Source: an uncultured Solirubrobacterales bacterium (GTDB lineage Bacteria; Actinomycetota; Thermoleophilia; Solirubrobacterales; 70-9). Taken from it: a DNA stretch of 64,000 nucleotides. Below, one piece after another: positions 30,537 through 38,662 of this stretch (position 1 is the first letter of the stretch; each line of letters starts with the position of its first letter). The DNA lies in contig CAVUQC010000008.1 in the NCBI GenBank assembly GCA_963743575.1, positions 19,766 through 83,765 on the forward strand. Reading direction: 5' to 3'. The position numbers and the translations under genes are program-made. A model generated the notes under the pieces. The model was not told the DNA's origin. It ran no database searches and worked only from the letters and a program-made list of their open reading frames with translations.

Positions 30537-31010
30537 CTAGCGGCCGACCTTGTTCGCCTTCCAGTCGATGTAGTTGGTTTCGCAGACCTCCGTCCCAGGC
30601 TCATGCATGGAGGCGGCCCACGAGTAGGCGACGACGTTTCCCTTCAGGGCCGTGGTGCCAAACCCTTTGGTGCCGTCGGGCTTGCCGTTGACGAAGATTC
30701 CCTGGTAGGGAGCAAATGTGTTCGGCGTATCGGACCCGAACATGAACCTTGCCACCCCCTGCAGCGGCATCGCGGGAGGGGCGATGGTGATTGTCTGGTT
30801 GTAGCGGGGCTCCGCATCCGTCCCTGCCTCTTGGACGAAGCACACCAGCCTCGCGCCGGGGACGATGAAGTCGACAACGCGGCGATGCCTTGTGATCCTG
30901 AAGCTGACCGGGTTTCCCTCCTCGGTCATCCCCCGATAGGTCCCCACCCGCCTGTTCTTCGTCTTTGCCCCTACCCCATCCGCGGCGAGCCCCATTGCGA
31001 AGACCGTCAT
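30537..31010 (-). CDS. hypothetical, probably exported protein; lower-GC gene
   Basis: 157 aa. The N-terminus MTVFAMGLAADGVGA looks like the tail of a signal peptide. Hand count over 30541-30780 gives about 62-63% G+C. No family recognised. Confidence 0.45.
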   Translation of the reverse strand: MTVFAMGLAADGVGAKTKNRRVGTYRGMTEEGNPVSFRITRHRRVVDFIVPGARLVCFVQEAGTDAEPRYNQTITIAPPAMPLQGVARFMFGSDTPNTFAPYQGIFVNGKPDGTKGFGTTALKGNVVAYSWAASMHEPGTEVCETNYIDWKANKVGR

Positions 31011-31170
31011 CGCGGCCAGCGCTGCACGACCTTGTTGGGACGGTTCATCTGTACCTCTCCATCACTGGCTCGCAAGAACCGTGGCCCACACTAGGCGCCG
31101 GCGCTCATCAAATGCTCATCGGGGTGAGCACGTCCGCGTATATTCAGGAGGAGAGGAAGGAGGAATCAGG

Positions 31171-31395
31171 ATGTCGCGATTGATCAAGCTCGACCGGACG
31201 GGGCATACGGAACTGGCAAGCTGGACGGCCGAGGACGCAGGCGCGCAACGGGTAGCCATCGAGGCCTTCCGCCGCGAGCTCGATGAGGGCATGCTGGCCA
31301 GCGCCACGTTGGCGGATGGCTCGGCCGAGGTGGTGCGCGAGCTGCCGCTCGACGCGGATCTGGTCGTGCTGCGGCGGCCCATCGCGGGCGGCTAG
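31171..31395 (+). CDS. 74-aa protein ending in Gly-Gly; candidate ThiS/MoaD/ubiquitin-like beta-grasp protein
   Basis: GGAGG lies 7 nt upstream of ATG 31171. The C-terminus is ...LDADLVVLRRPIAGG-stop. The fold assignment is inference. Confidence 0.5.
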   Translation: MSRLIKLDRTGHTELASWTAEDAGAQRVAIEAFRRELDEGMLASATLADGSAEVVRELPLDADLVVLRRPIAGG

Positions 31396-31400
31396 GCCCA

Positions 31401-32045
31401 GTGGAGGCGGGTGTGCTCGCCGAGGCCGCGGCCATGCCGTGGCGGCGGCGGGCGAGCGAGAGGAGCCTGGCGAAGGAGGGCCGGATCTGGACGCTGTGGA
31501 GCGTCGCGATCGTCGTGACCTTCGGTGTGCCCGCGGCTCTGCTCGTCTGGATCCAGCCGCTCGCGTTCCCGGTCGCGGCGATCTTCCTCGGGCATGCGAT
31601 CGCCGTGCTGCACCTGCAGGGTCGCCGGGGCGCTCGCGGCGTGAAGCCGATCGGCGGCCCGGAGAGCCCCGAGGACAGCAGGGCCCTCGGGTTGCTCGGT
31701 GACCTCGTGGGTCACGACGAGCGTGAGCTGCTCGCCGGCACCGGCCTGGCGCTGCAGCCGGGCCGCCTGGGGTCCTGGCTGGTGGGTCAGGAGGGGGCGA
31801 TCCTCGTGCGCCCGGGGGGACACCGCGTTCACTGCTTCTGCGTGCGCGTCGGGGAGGCCGGCGATTTGCCGCCCGCCGACCGGGTGGCGCACCTGCTGCT
31901 GGCCCTGCGCGAGGACGAGGAGGGATTCGCAACCGTTGCGAACCGGAACTTCTCGGGTGCGACGTGGCGTCTCAGGCGAGAGTTATCGGCGGGCACACGT
32001 CCGGCCCTCGAACGAGCCCGGAAGCTCGGAGACGCGCGGGTCTAG
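31401..32045 (+). CDS. hypothetical 2-TM membrane protein with a soluble C-terminal domain
   Basis: 214 aa. GTG 31401 lies 5 nt after the previous stop (alternative ATG 31434). TMs are IWTLWSVAIVVTFGVPAALLVWI and LAFPVAAIFLGHAIAVL. No family recognised. Confidence 0.45.
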   Translation: MEAGVLAEAAAMPWRRRASERSLAKEGRIWTLWSVAIVVTFGVPAALLVWIQPLAFPVAAIFLGHAIAVLHLQGRRGARGVKPIGGPESPEDSRALGLLGDLVGHDERELLAGTGLALQPGRLGSWLVGQEGAILVRPGGHRVHCFCVRVGEAGDLPPADRVAHLLLALREDEEGFATVANRNFSGATWRLRRELSAGTRPALERARKLGDARV

Positions 32046-34027
32046 TTCTCCTCGTCGTGCTCCCTGACCTTCTCCTCGATCTGCTGCATCACGTTCGGAT
32101 CGCGCAGCGTCGTCACGTCACCGAGCTCGCGGCCCTCGCCGATGTCGCGGAGGAGCCGGCGCATGATCTTGCCGGAGCGGGTCTTCGGGAGGTCGCCGGC
32201 CCAGATGATTTTCTTGACCCTGGCGATCTTCGAGATCCGCCGAGAGACGTGTTCATTGATCTCCTTGGCGATCTCGTCGTTGCCCTCGAGATCGCCCTCG
32301 AGCGTGACGAAGGCGCAGATGGCCTGACCGGTGTCCTCGTCTGCGATGCCGATGACGGCGGACTCTGCCACCTTCGGATGGGAGACGATCGCTGACTCGA
32401 CCTCCGCGGTTGAGAGGCGGTGGCCCGAGACGTTGACGACATCGTCGACGCGGCCGAGAACCCAGAAGTAGCCGTCCTCGTCCTTGCGCGCGGCGTCGCC
32501 AACGAAGTAGGTCGTCTCGTCCCACTTCGAGTAGTAGGTCTCCTTGAACCGCTCGTCCTCCTTGAACAGGGTGCGGAGCATCCCCGGCCAGGGACGCCTG
32601 AGCGCCAGAAGGCCCTGGTCGCCGTCGACCTCGTTGCCCTCCTCGTCGAGCACCGCAGCGTCGATGCCCGGCAGAGGCTTCGTCGCCGATCCGGGCTTGG
32701 CCGCGGTGATTCCCGGCAAGGAGCTGATCATGATGTTGCCCGTCTCGGTCTGCCACCAGGTGTCGACAATCGGACAGCGCTCGCCGCCAATCACCTCGTA
32801 GTACCAGAGCCACGCTTTGGGGTTGATCGGCTCGCCGACGGTGCCGAGCAGGCGGAGGGATGAGAGATCGTGCTTGTTCGGATAGTCCACACCCCACTTC
32901 ATGCACGCCCGGATCGCGGTCGGCGCGGTGTAGAAGGTGGTCACCTTGTGGCTCTCGATGATGTCCCACCAGACGTCCTTGTCCGGGTAGTCCGGAGGGC
33001 CCTCGTACATGACGCCGGTCGCCCCGTTTGAGAGGGGGCCGTAGACGATGTAGGAGTGGCCGGTAACCCAGCCGACGTCGGCGCCACACCAGAAGACGTC
33101 CGACTCCGGCTTCAAATCGAAGACGTAGCGGTGGGTGAAGGTGACCCCGAGGAGGTAGCCGCCGGTGGTGTGCAGCACGCCCTTGGGCTTCGCCGTCGAG
33201 CCTGAGGTATAGAGGACGAAGAGCGGATGCTCGGCGTCCATGGGCTCGGCCGGACACTCGGCGTCGGCTGACTTCATCGCCTCTTCGAACCAGACGTCCC
33301 GTCCTTCCTTCATCTCGCAGTCGGCGCCAGTGGACTTGACGACGAAGATCGTCTCGATCGAATCGAGATCACCGATCCCCTCCTCGTCCACGGCGCTCTT
33401 GATCGGCGCGGTCTTGCCCTTGCGGCGGGCGCCGTCGACCGTGATCAGGGCCTTGGCCTCCGAAAACTCCATGCGTTCGCGCACGGCCTCCGGGGAGAAG
33501 CCGCCGAAGACGACGTTGTGGGGGGCGCCGATGCGGGCGCAGGCGAGCATCGACACGACGACCTCGGGGATCATCGGCAGGTAGATGCCTACGACGTCGC
33601 CCTTGGCGATGCCGCGGTCCTTCAGCGCGTTGGCGAAGCGCTGCACTTCGGCGTGGAGGTCGGAGTAAGTGATGTCGCGCTCCTCGCCCTCCTCACCGCG
33701 CCAGTGGAATGCGATGCGGTCGCCGTTGCCTGCTTCTACGTGCCTGTCCAGGCAGTTGTAGGAGGCGTTGAGCTTGCCGTCCGCGAACCACTTGTAGAAC
33801 GGGGCGTTGGATTCATCGAGCGTCTGAGTCGGCTTCTCGGCCCAATCAAGCAGCTCCTCCGCCTGGCGCTGCCAGAAGCCCTCGAGATCCTTGGCGGCTT
33901 CCTCGAACATCGACTCGTCGGCGACGAGCGCTTCCTTCTTGAAGTCTTCGGGGGGTGGGAACTGCTCGATGTCGAGCATCGACTCGAGTTGCTTTTCGAG
34001 GTCCGCGCTGCTCACCTTGGTCGCCAT
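32042..34027 (-). CDS. acs: acetyl-CoA synthetase
   Basis: 661 aa with the AMP-binding YTSGSTAKPKG motif, WWQTETG and C-terminal ...LPKTRSGKIMRR. AGGAGG lies upstream of the ATG. Confidence 0.95.
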   Translation of the reverse strand: MATKVSSADLEKQLESMLDIEQFPPPEDFKKEALVADESMFEEAAKDLEGFWQRQAEELLDWAEKPTQTLDESNAPFYKWFADGKLNASYNCLDRHVEAGNGDRIAFHWRGEEGEERDITYSDLHAEVQRFANALKDRGIAKGDVVGIYLPMIPEVVVSMLACARIGAPHNVVFGGFSPEAVRERMEFSEAKALITVDGARRKGKTAPIKSAVDEEGIGDLDSIETIFVVKSTGADCEMKEGRDVWFEEAMKSADAECPAEPMDAEHPLFVLYTSGSTAKPKGVLHTTGGYLLGVTFTHRYVFDLKPESDVFWCGADVGWVTGHSYIVYGPLSNGATGVMYEGPPDYPDKDVWWDIIESHKVTTFYTAPTAIRACMKWGVDYPNKHDLSSLRLLGTVGEPINPKAWLWYYEVIGGERCPIVDTWWQTETGNIMISSLPGITAAKPGSATKPLPGIDAAVLDEEGNEVDGDQGLLALRRPWPGMLRTLFKEDERFKETYYSKWDETTYFVGDAARKDEDGYFWVLGRVDDVVNVSGHRLSTAEVESAIVSHPKVAESAVIGIADEDTGQAICAFVTLEGDLEGNDEIAKEINEHVSRRISKIARVKKIIWAGDLPKTRSGKIMRRLLRDIGEGRELGDVTTLRDPNVMQQIEEKVREHDEEN

Positions 34028-34088
34028 CTCTCCTCCTAAGTCCGTTCTCGTTTCAAAGCTACTCCCCGCCAGGGGCCGGGACCGGATG

Positions 34089-34114
34089 GGCGGCGCCGGC
34101 GAGCCGGCGCCGCC
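34089..34114 (-). terminator. perfect 11-bp GC stem-loop between the acetate channel gene and acs
   Basis: ggcggcgccgg-cgag-ccggcgccgcc. It lies 20 nt after the upstream stop (34134). No U-tract. Confidence 0.4.
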
Positions 34115-34133
34115 TCCAGCCGTGGTGCGTCAG

Positions 34134-34760
34134 TCAGCGTCCCGCTGGGTCCACCTCCTCTCCCCGCGCCACTTGAAGCGGCATGACCGGGGCGATGGTC
34201 CGGCCGAATGTCGAGTTGATCACGGCGGCGAACGACGCGTACCAGGCCGCCGCCGCTGTGGCGAGCCCGATGTAGCCGCCCCAATGGATCACGTTCTCGT
34301 TGCCCCCGCTGTTGCCCGCGCCCAGCAGGATGAACGTGATCGACAGCAGGAAGAACACCAGTGCGACGGCACCGGTGGTGCGGAGCGAGGCGAGAAACAT
34401 GTAGGTGGTGAAGATCGCCCACGCCCAGAGATAGAGGCCGACCGCGCTTCCGGCATGAGCCTCCGGGATGTCCTTCACGAAGAAGGTCACCAACGCCCAG
34501 AAGGAAATCCAGAAAGCCCCATATGACGAGAAGGCGACCGCGCCGAAGGTGTTGCCGGTGCGGAACTCCCACATTCCGGCAAGCAGCTGCGCGATACCGC
34601 CGTAAGCGAGCGCCAATCCCAGAACCACCGGTTCCCCGGCGTCACTGACGATGTTCGCATTGAACATGCTGAGAACGAACGTGGTCATCGCGAATCCGGC
34701 GAGCCCAAGGGGTCCCGGATCGGCAGGAATCCACGACGAGGCTGACCTCGAAGATTCCAT
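34134..34760 (-). CDS. GPR1/FUN34/YaaH-family acetate (succinate-acetate) channel
   Basis: DPGPLGLAGFAMTTFVLS signature and 6 TMs. Start is ATG 34760, preceded by GGAAGGAGA. Confidence 0.85.
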   Translation of the reverse strand: MESSRSASSWIPADPGPLGLAGFAMTTFVLSMFNANIVSDAGEPVVLGLALAYGGIAQLLAGMWEFRTGNTFGAVAFSSYGAFWISFWALVTFFVKDIPEAHAGSAVGLYLWAWAIFTTYMFLASLRTTGAVALVFFLLSITFILLGAGNSGGNENVIHWGGYIGLATAAAAWYASFAAVINSTFGRTIAPVMPLQVARGEEVDPAGR

Positions 34761-34908
34761 CTGATTGTCTCCTTCCTTGCCGGCCGAACCGGCCAACGCT
34801 CACGTGCAGCACCGCAGTTCGGCGGGCGGCTGTGGTGAGGATCCTTACCCCCGCCCATACCCCGGGGTCAGCGTTTGCTAACGCAAGGATCGTTTCGGCA
34901 GCCGTCGG

Positions 34909-35775
34909 TTAGAGACCGGCGGCTTCGGCCAGGAGGGTGACCTGCTCGGGATCGGGTGAGCAGGGAAAGAGGATGAGCTCGTCGCAGTTCCATTCCTCGT
35001 AGGCCTTGATGAACGCCTTGATGCTGTCGGCGTCCTTGGGGGCGCCGGAGGCGATGCCCTGCACGGCAGCGTCGCCAAGCCAGGCGTAGTAGTCGCCGAC
35101 GTAGGCCTGGGCCGTGGCCTCGGCGTCGGGGCCGAGGCTGAAGTAGCCCAGGGCCAGGGTCCGGGGCTGTCCGTCGCGGCCGGCCTTCTTCCAGGCGTCG
35201 TCGAGGTTGGAGATGTCGGCGCCGAACTGTGCGGCGCCGGAGCCACCCTGCGTCCAGCCGTCGCCGTACTTGGCGGCACGGTCGAAGGATGCCTCCACGG
35301 CTCCGCCGACGAGGAGCGAGGGGCCCTTGCCGGAGGGCCGGGGGCCGACCTTCGTCTCGAGATCGCCCTCCGCGTTCCAGATGTCGCGGATCTTCGCGAG
35401 GGCGTTGTCGAGCCATTTGCCGCGGCTCGACATGTCGATCCCGCTGATGTCGTAGTCGTCCTCACGGCCGCCGATCCCGATGCCGAGGACCGCGCGATCG
35501 CCTCCGGCCAGGGCGTCGAGAGAGAGGAACTGCTTGGCGAGCATCGCGGAGTTCTGACGCAGCGGGCCGAGCAGGACGTCGGTGACGAGCTTGATGCGCT
35601 CGGTCACCGCGGCTGCGGCGGAGAGCGCGACCACCGGCTCGTAGTTCGGAAAGACGATTCGGTCGATCGTTCCGAGGGAAGAGAAGCCGGCGTCCTCGGC
35701 GGCGCGCGCCCAGTCGGTGAGCTGATTGCCGGTCGTTCCCGGCACTGTGTTCGGCAATCCGATTCCGAGCTCCAT
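34909..35775 (-). CDS. LLM-class (luciferase-like) F420-dependent oxidoreductase
   Basis: 288 aa with MELGIGLPN... and a TIM-barrel LLM pattern (GFSSLGTIDRIVFPNYEP). Confidence 0.78.
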   Translation of the reverse strand: MELGIGLPNTVPGTTGNQLTDWARAAEDAGFSSLGTIDRIVFPNYEPVVALSAAAAVTERIKLVTDVLLGPLRQNSAMLAKQFLSLDALAGGDRAVLGIGIGGREDDYDISGIDMSSRGKWLDNALAKIRDIWNAEGDLETKVGPRPSGKGPSLLVGGAVEASFDRAAKYGDGWTQGGSGAAQFGADISNLDDAWKKAGRDGQPRTLALGYFSLGPDAEATAQAYVGDYYAWLGDAAVQGIASGAPKDADSIKAFIKAYEEWNCDELILFPCSPDPEQVTLLAEAAGL

Positions 35776-35802
35776 GCGTTCCTTTCGTCGACCTACAGTT
35801 GG

Positions 35803-36276
35803 TTGGTGGCTCCCGGGGAACCTACCGAGGTCGTTGCGTGGGCAAACGAATTGCTGGAGACGGCACGGGTCGGGCGGCTGGGAGTGGCCGACGAGGAGGG
35901 AGCGCCGCGGGTGCTGCCCGTGACGTTTGCGGTGGCCGAGGGGCGGATCTGGAGCGCGATCGACGACAAACCGAAGCGGGCGGGCGAGCCGGCGCGGCTG
36001 CGGTTTCTGCGGGGGGATCCGCGGGCGGCGCTGACGGTGGATCGCTACTCCGACGACTGGGAGGAGCTGGCGTGGGTGCAGGCGCTGGGGAGGGTTCGGA
36101 TCCTGGACGTCGCGGATGGCTCGGCGGGGTTGGCGGCCCTCACGGAGAAGTACGAGCAGTACCGGGAGAGCAGTCCGCCGGGTCCTCTTCTGGCTCTGGA
36201 ACCGGAGAGGTATCTGTGGTGGCGAGCTGCGGATCCGGGGGGCCGAGGCGCGCGTAGCGGCGACCGCGGCGGGTGA
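35803..36276 (+). CDS. PPOX-class probable F420-dependent enzyme (Rv0121-like)
   Basis: 157 aa. ...ARVGRLGVADEEGAPRVLPVTFAV..GRIWSAID.KPK... is the split-barrel pattern. It is divergent from the LLM gene. Confidence 0.68.
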   Translation: MVAPGEPTEVVAWANELLETARVGRLGVADEEGAPRVLPVTFAVAEGRIWSAIDDKPKRAGEPARLRFLRGDPRAALTVDRYSDDWEELAWVQALGRVRILDVADGSAGLAALTEKYEQYRESSPPGPLLALEPERYLWWRAADPGGRGARSGDRGG

Positions 36277-36364
36277 TCAGGATCTCGTCGCCGGCGGCGG
36301 CGCGTTCCATCCAGTAGCCGAAGCGGTTCCGAAAGAGATGAGCGCCGACGGTGATTTCGGTGCC
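36242..36364 (-). pseudogene. start-less Phd/YefM-type antitoxin remnant
   Basis: TEITVGAHLFRNRFGYWMERAAAGDEILITRRGRRYARLGPP fits the antitoxin N-terminal signature. There is no ATG/GTG/TTG and no toxin gene follows. The tail runs antisense into the PPOX gene. Confidence 0.4.
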
Positions 36365-36384
36365 ATCACCGTCGGCTTGTGTAG

Positions 36385-36457
36385 TGGAGCCAGCGGGGCT
36401 CGAACCCGCGACCTCGTGCATGCCATGCACGCGCTCTCCCAGCTGAGCTATGGCCCC
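36385..36457 (-). tRNA. tRNA-Ala (anticodon GGC)
   Basis: GGGGCCATAGCTCAGCTGGGAGAGCGCGTGCATGGCATGCACGAGGTCGCGGGTTCGAGCCCCGCTGGCTCCA. Full cloverleaf with the G3:U70 alanine identity pair and a GGTTCGAGC T-loop. CCA is not encoded. Confidence 0.93.
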
Positions 36458-36865
36458 AGCGAGGCTGTGATCAGCAGCAAAGTGTATCGACGCTCTCTGG
36501 CCATTCCTGGGCGGCACGAGACGTAGCTGAACTGCTGACAAGTCGGATACGAACAGGAACGGGATCAGGTAGCTCGACCCCGTTTCGTGGTCAAAGGCGG
36601 CGATCATGTCGACCTCGCCCACCTCGTACCTATTGCGGACATAGCCGCTGGGGGAGTGCCAGCTGCTGACGAGATTGATCACCAGAACATCTCCTCGTCG
36701 TTTGGCCGTCTTCACCTGCACTCGGAGGATTTGGTCGCCGAGATCGAATGCCAGGTCGTAACGGCAATGCTCAGCCACCGGCTTGAGGACGTCGATCCCG
36801 AGCTTCATCGCCTCCAGCGCGATCGCAAATTCGGCGATGTTCCCCTTGTCGTTGGATGTGAGCAC
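36458..36865 (-). CDS. small PD-(D/E)XK endonuclease-like protein; no stop codon before the tRNA
   Basis: GTG 36865. MLTSNDKGNIAEFAIALEAMKLGIDVLKPVAEHCRYDLAFDLGDQILRVQVK has the helix, D and QxK layout of PD-(D/E)XK nucleases. About 60% G+C by hand count. The track ORF continues through the tRNA to 36140. Confidence 0.6.
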
Positions 36866-36936
36866 CCGACGATCCTCGCGTCGATCGGGCGACGTGAGGC
36901 GCGCAGAGCGTCAGGAATGTGTGACGGCGGGGAGCT

Positions 36937-37641
36937 CTAGGCCGCGCGGTGCTTCTCGCCGCTGTCCTCATCCACGTCGAGGACAACTCCGCTGCTGCGG
37001 GTATCGCGAACCACGAACTCGAAGGGCGCCTTCTCCTCCAGCGCCCGCAGCAGGTCGATCGGGTTGTCCAGCTTCATCGAGACCCAGGCCCGGCCGCCCG
37101 AGAAGCGCTTCACCTTGATCTGGGATGCGCCGTCGATTTCCCCGGCCGCATCCTCGAACCCCGTCAGCTGCGCGAAGTCCTTCAGCGGCCCCACCTCGAT
37201 CTCCACCTCGCCCGAGTACACGCTCGCCTGAGCCGCCTCAGTCCCCACCGCAGGCCGGTCCTCCTCGAGCTCCTCGAGCCCCAGACGCTCCCTCGCCACA
37301 TCGGCGAGCTCCGAGACCCGGGCGCCCAGCTCGTCTCTCAGCCCGGACAGCTCCGTCACCCGGTCCGCCATCTGCACCGCGTCCTCCAGCGCCTTCATCC
37401 GGATCCGCGTGGCCTGGCGGCGCGCCTGCCCGTAGATCTCCTCGATCCCCTTGGTAACGGCCGCAGCCATCGGCTTCTTGAGGACATCCTGAAGCCGCTT
37501 CTCGCGCTCCACCACCCGCTCGGCCAATCTCTGGGCCTCCCGCTCGAGGCGGGCCAGCCGAGCATCGCGTGCCTCAATGGCCGCGTCGACCTGCGCTGGG
37601 TCGTAACCGCGTACGGTGCGCCGGAAGCGCTCCTGGGACAC
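36937..37641 (-). CDS. DivIVA-domain protein
   Basis: 234 aa with the N-terminal F.R.VRGYDPAQVD motif followed by a coiled coil. Confidence 0.75.
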   Translation of the reverse strand: MSQERFRRTVRGYDPAQVDAAIEARDARLARLEREAQRLAERVVEREKRLQDVLKKPMAAAVTKGIEEIYGQARRQATRIRMKALEDAVQMADRVTELSGLRDELGARVSELADVARERLGLEELEEDRPAVGTEAAQASVYSGEVEIEVGPLKDFAQLTGFEDAAGEIDGASQIKVKRFSGGRAWVSMKLDNPIDLLRALEEKAPFEFVVRDTRSSGVVLDVDEDSGEKHRAA

Positions 37642-37678
37642 GACGGAAAGGCTAGGAGCCCCTTCGGACGGCTTCGCG

Positions 37679-38065
37679 TCAGATCGCGGCGTGCTGGCCG
37701 CTGGCCAGGTCCAGATCGAGCCGCCCAGCCTCGCCCCAGAGCTGATCGAGCCGATAGCGCTCCCGCGGCTCGGGCGTGAACACGTGCAGAACCGCGTCCA
37801 GGTAGTCCATCAGCACCCACTCGGACTCCCGCACGCCCTCGACCCTTGCAGGGAGCCAGCCGTCTCTCTTGAGCTGGTGGTAGACCTCGTCGTGGATCGC
37901 CTTGCCCTGACGCTCATTCCGCGCGGTGCAGATCACCAGGTAGTCCGTGTAGCCGACCAGCTGCCGCACATCGAGCGCGATCAGGTCGGTGGCCCCCTTG
38001 TCGTCGGCGATGGTGGCCAGCCGGCGCGCCAGCTCCTCCGAGGTCATCTCCAGCCCGCGACTCAT
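37679..38065 (-). CDS. rsfS: ribosome silencing factor RsfS (Iojap)
   Basis: ATG 38065 overlaps the nadD stop (ATGA). Core motif: ...KGATDLIALDVRQLVGYTDYLVICTARNERQ. Confidence 0.88.
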   Translation of the reverse strand: MSRGLEMTSEELARRLATIADDKGATDLIALDVRQLVGYTDYLVICTARNERQGKAIHDEVYHQLKRDGWLPARVEGVRESEWVLMDYLDAVLHVFTPEPRERYRLDQLWGEAGRLDLDLASGQHAAI

Positions 38066-38649
38066 CGGTACAACCCCCGCTCCCCGATCACCCTGATCAC
38101 CGGATCCGGAACCAGATGCCGGAGCGGCTTTCCCTCCCGCGCTCGCTGCCTGACTGTGGTCGAGGACGCTCCGCAAAGTGGCATGTCAATTATCTCTGCC
38201 CTGTCGGATGCACCCAGCCGCTCCAACGCGGACTCCACTGCTCCCAAACCGACACCCGGCCGCGGCACCACCCCAAGCGAGGCAAGCTCCAGTACCCGCG
38301 CCGGCTCCTTCCAGCTCGCCAGCCCGGCGGCCATGTCGGCGCCGAGCAGAAAATAGAGCTCGTCCTCCGGCTCGCTCTCGGCGAGCAGCTCGAGGGTCCG
38401 GTAGCTGTACGACACCTCATCCCGCTCCACCTCAAGGCCCGAAGCCTCCACCCCGTCCTCATCGCCGGCCGCAAGCATCGCCAGCTCCAACCTGACCTCG
38501 GCCCCCGGATCGTCCTCGATCTCCTTGTGGGGCGCGCGCCGCGTCACCATCAGCAACACCCGGTCCAGCTCCAGCTGCCAGCGCGCTTCCTGCGCCAGCA
38601 GCAGATGTCCCACGTGGGGCGGGTTGAAGGCCCCGCCCAGGACCCCGAT
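38062..38649 (-). CDS. nadD: nicotinate-nucleotide adenylyltransferase (start non-canonical and approximate)
   Basis: The conserved IGVLGGAFNPPHVGH is encoded in frame upstream of the first canonical start. That start, GTG 38613, is the V of HVGH. Confidence 0.85.
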   Translation of the reverse strand: MGVLGGAFNPPHVGHLLLAQEARWQLELDRVLLMVTRRAPHKEIEDDPGAEVRLELAMLAAGDEDGVEASGLEVERDEVSYSYRTLELLAESEPEDELYFLLGADMAAGLASWKEPARVLELASLGVVPRPGVGLGAVESALERLGASDRAEIIDMPLCGASSTTVRQRAREGKPLRHLVPDPVIRVIGERGLYR

Positions 38650-38662
38650 CCGTGCGACGTCG

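Noticed and set aside
36140-36241. C-terminal 34 codons of the 241-aa track ORF (DPQLATTDTSPVPEPEEDPADCSPGTARTSP).
   Set aside because: It is antisense to the 3' end of the PPOX-class gene and low-complexity. I treat it as chance read-through rather than real protein.
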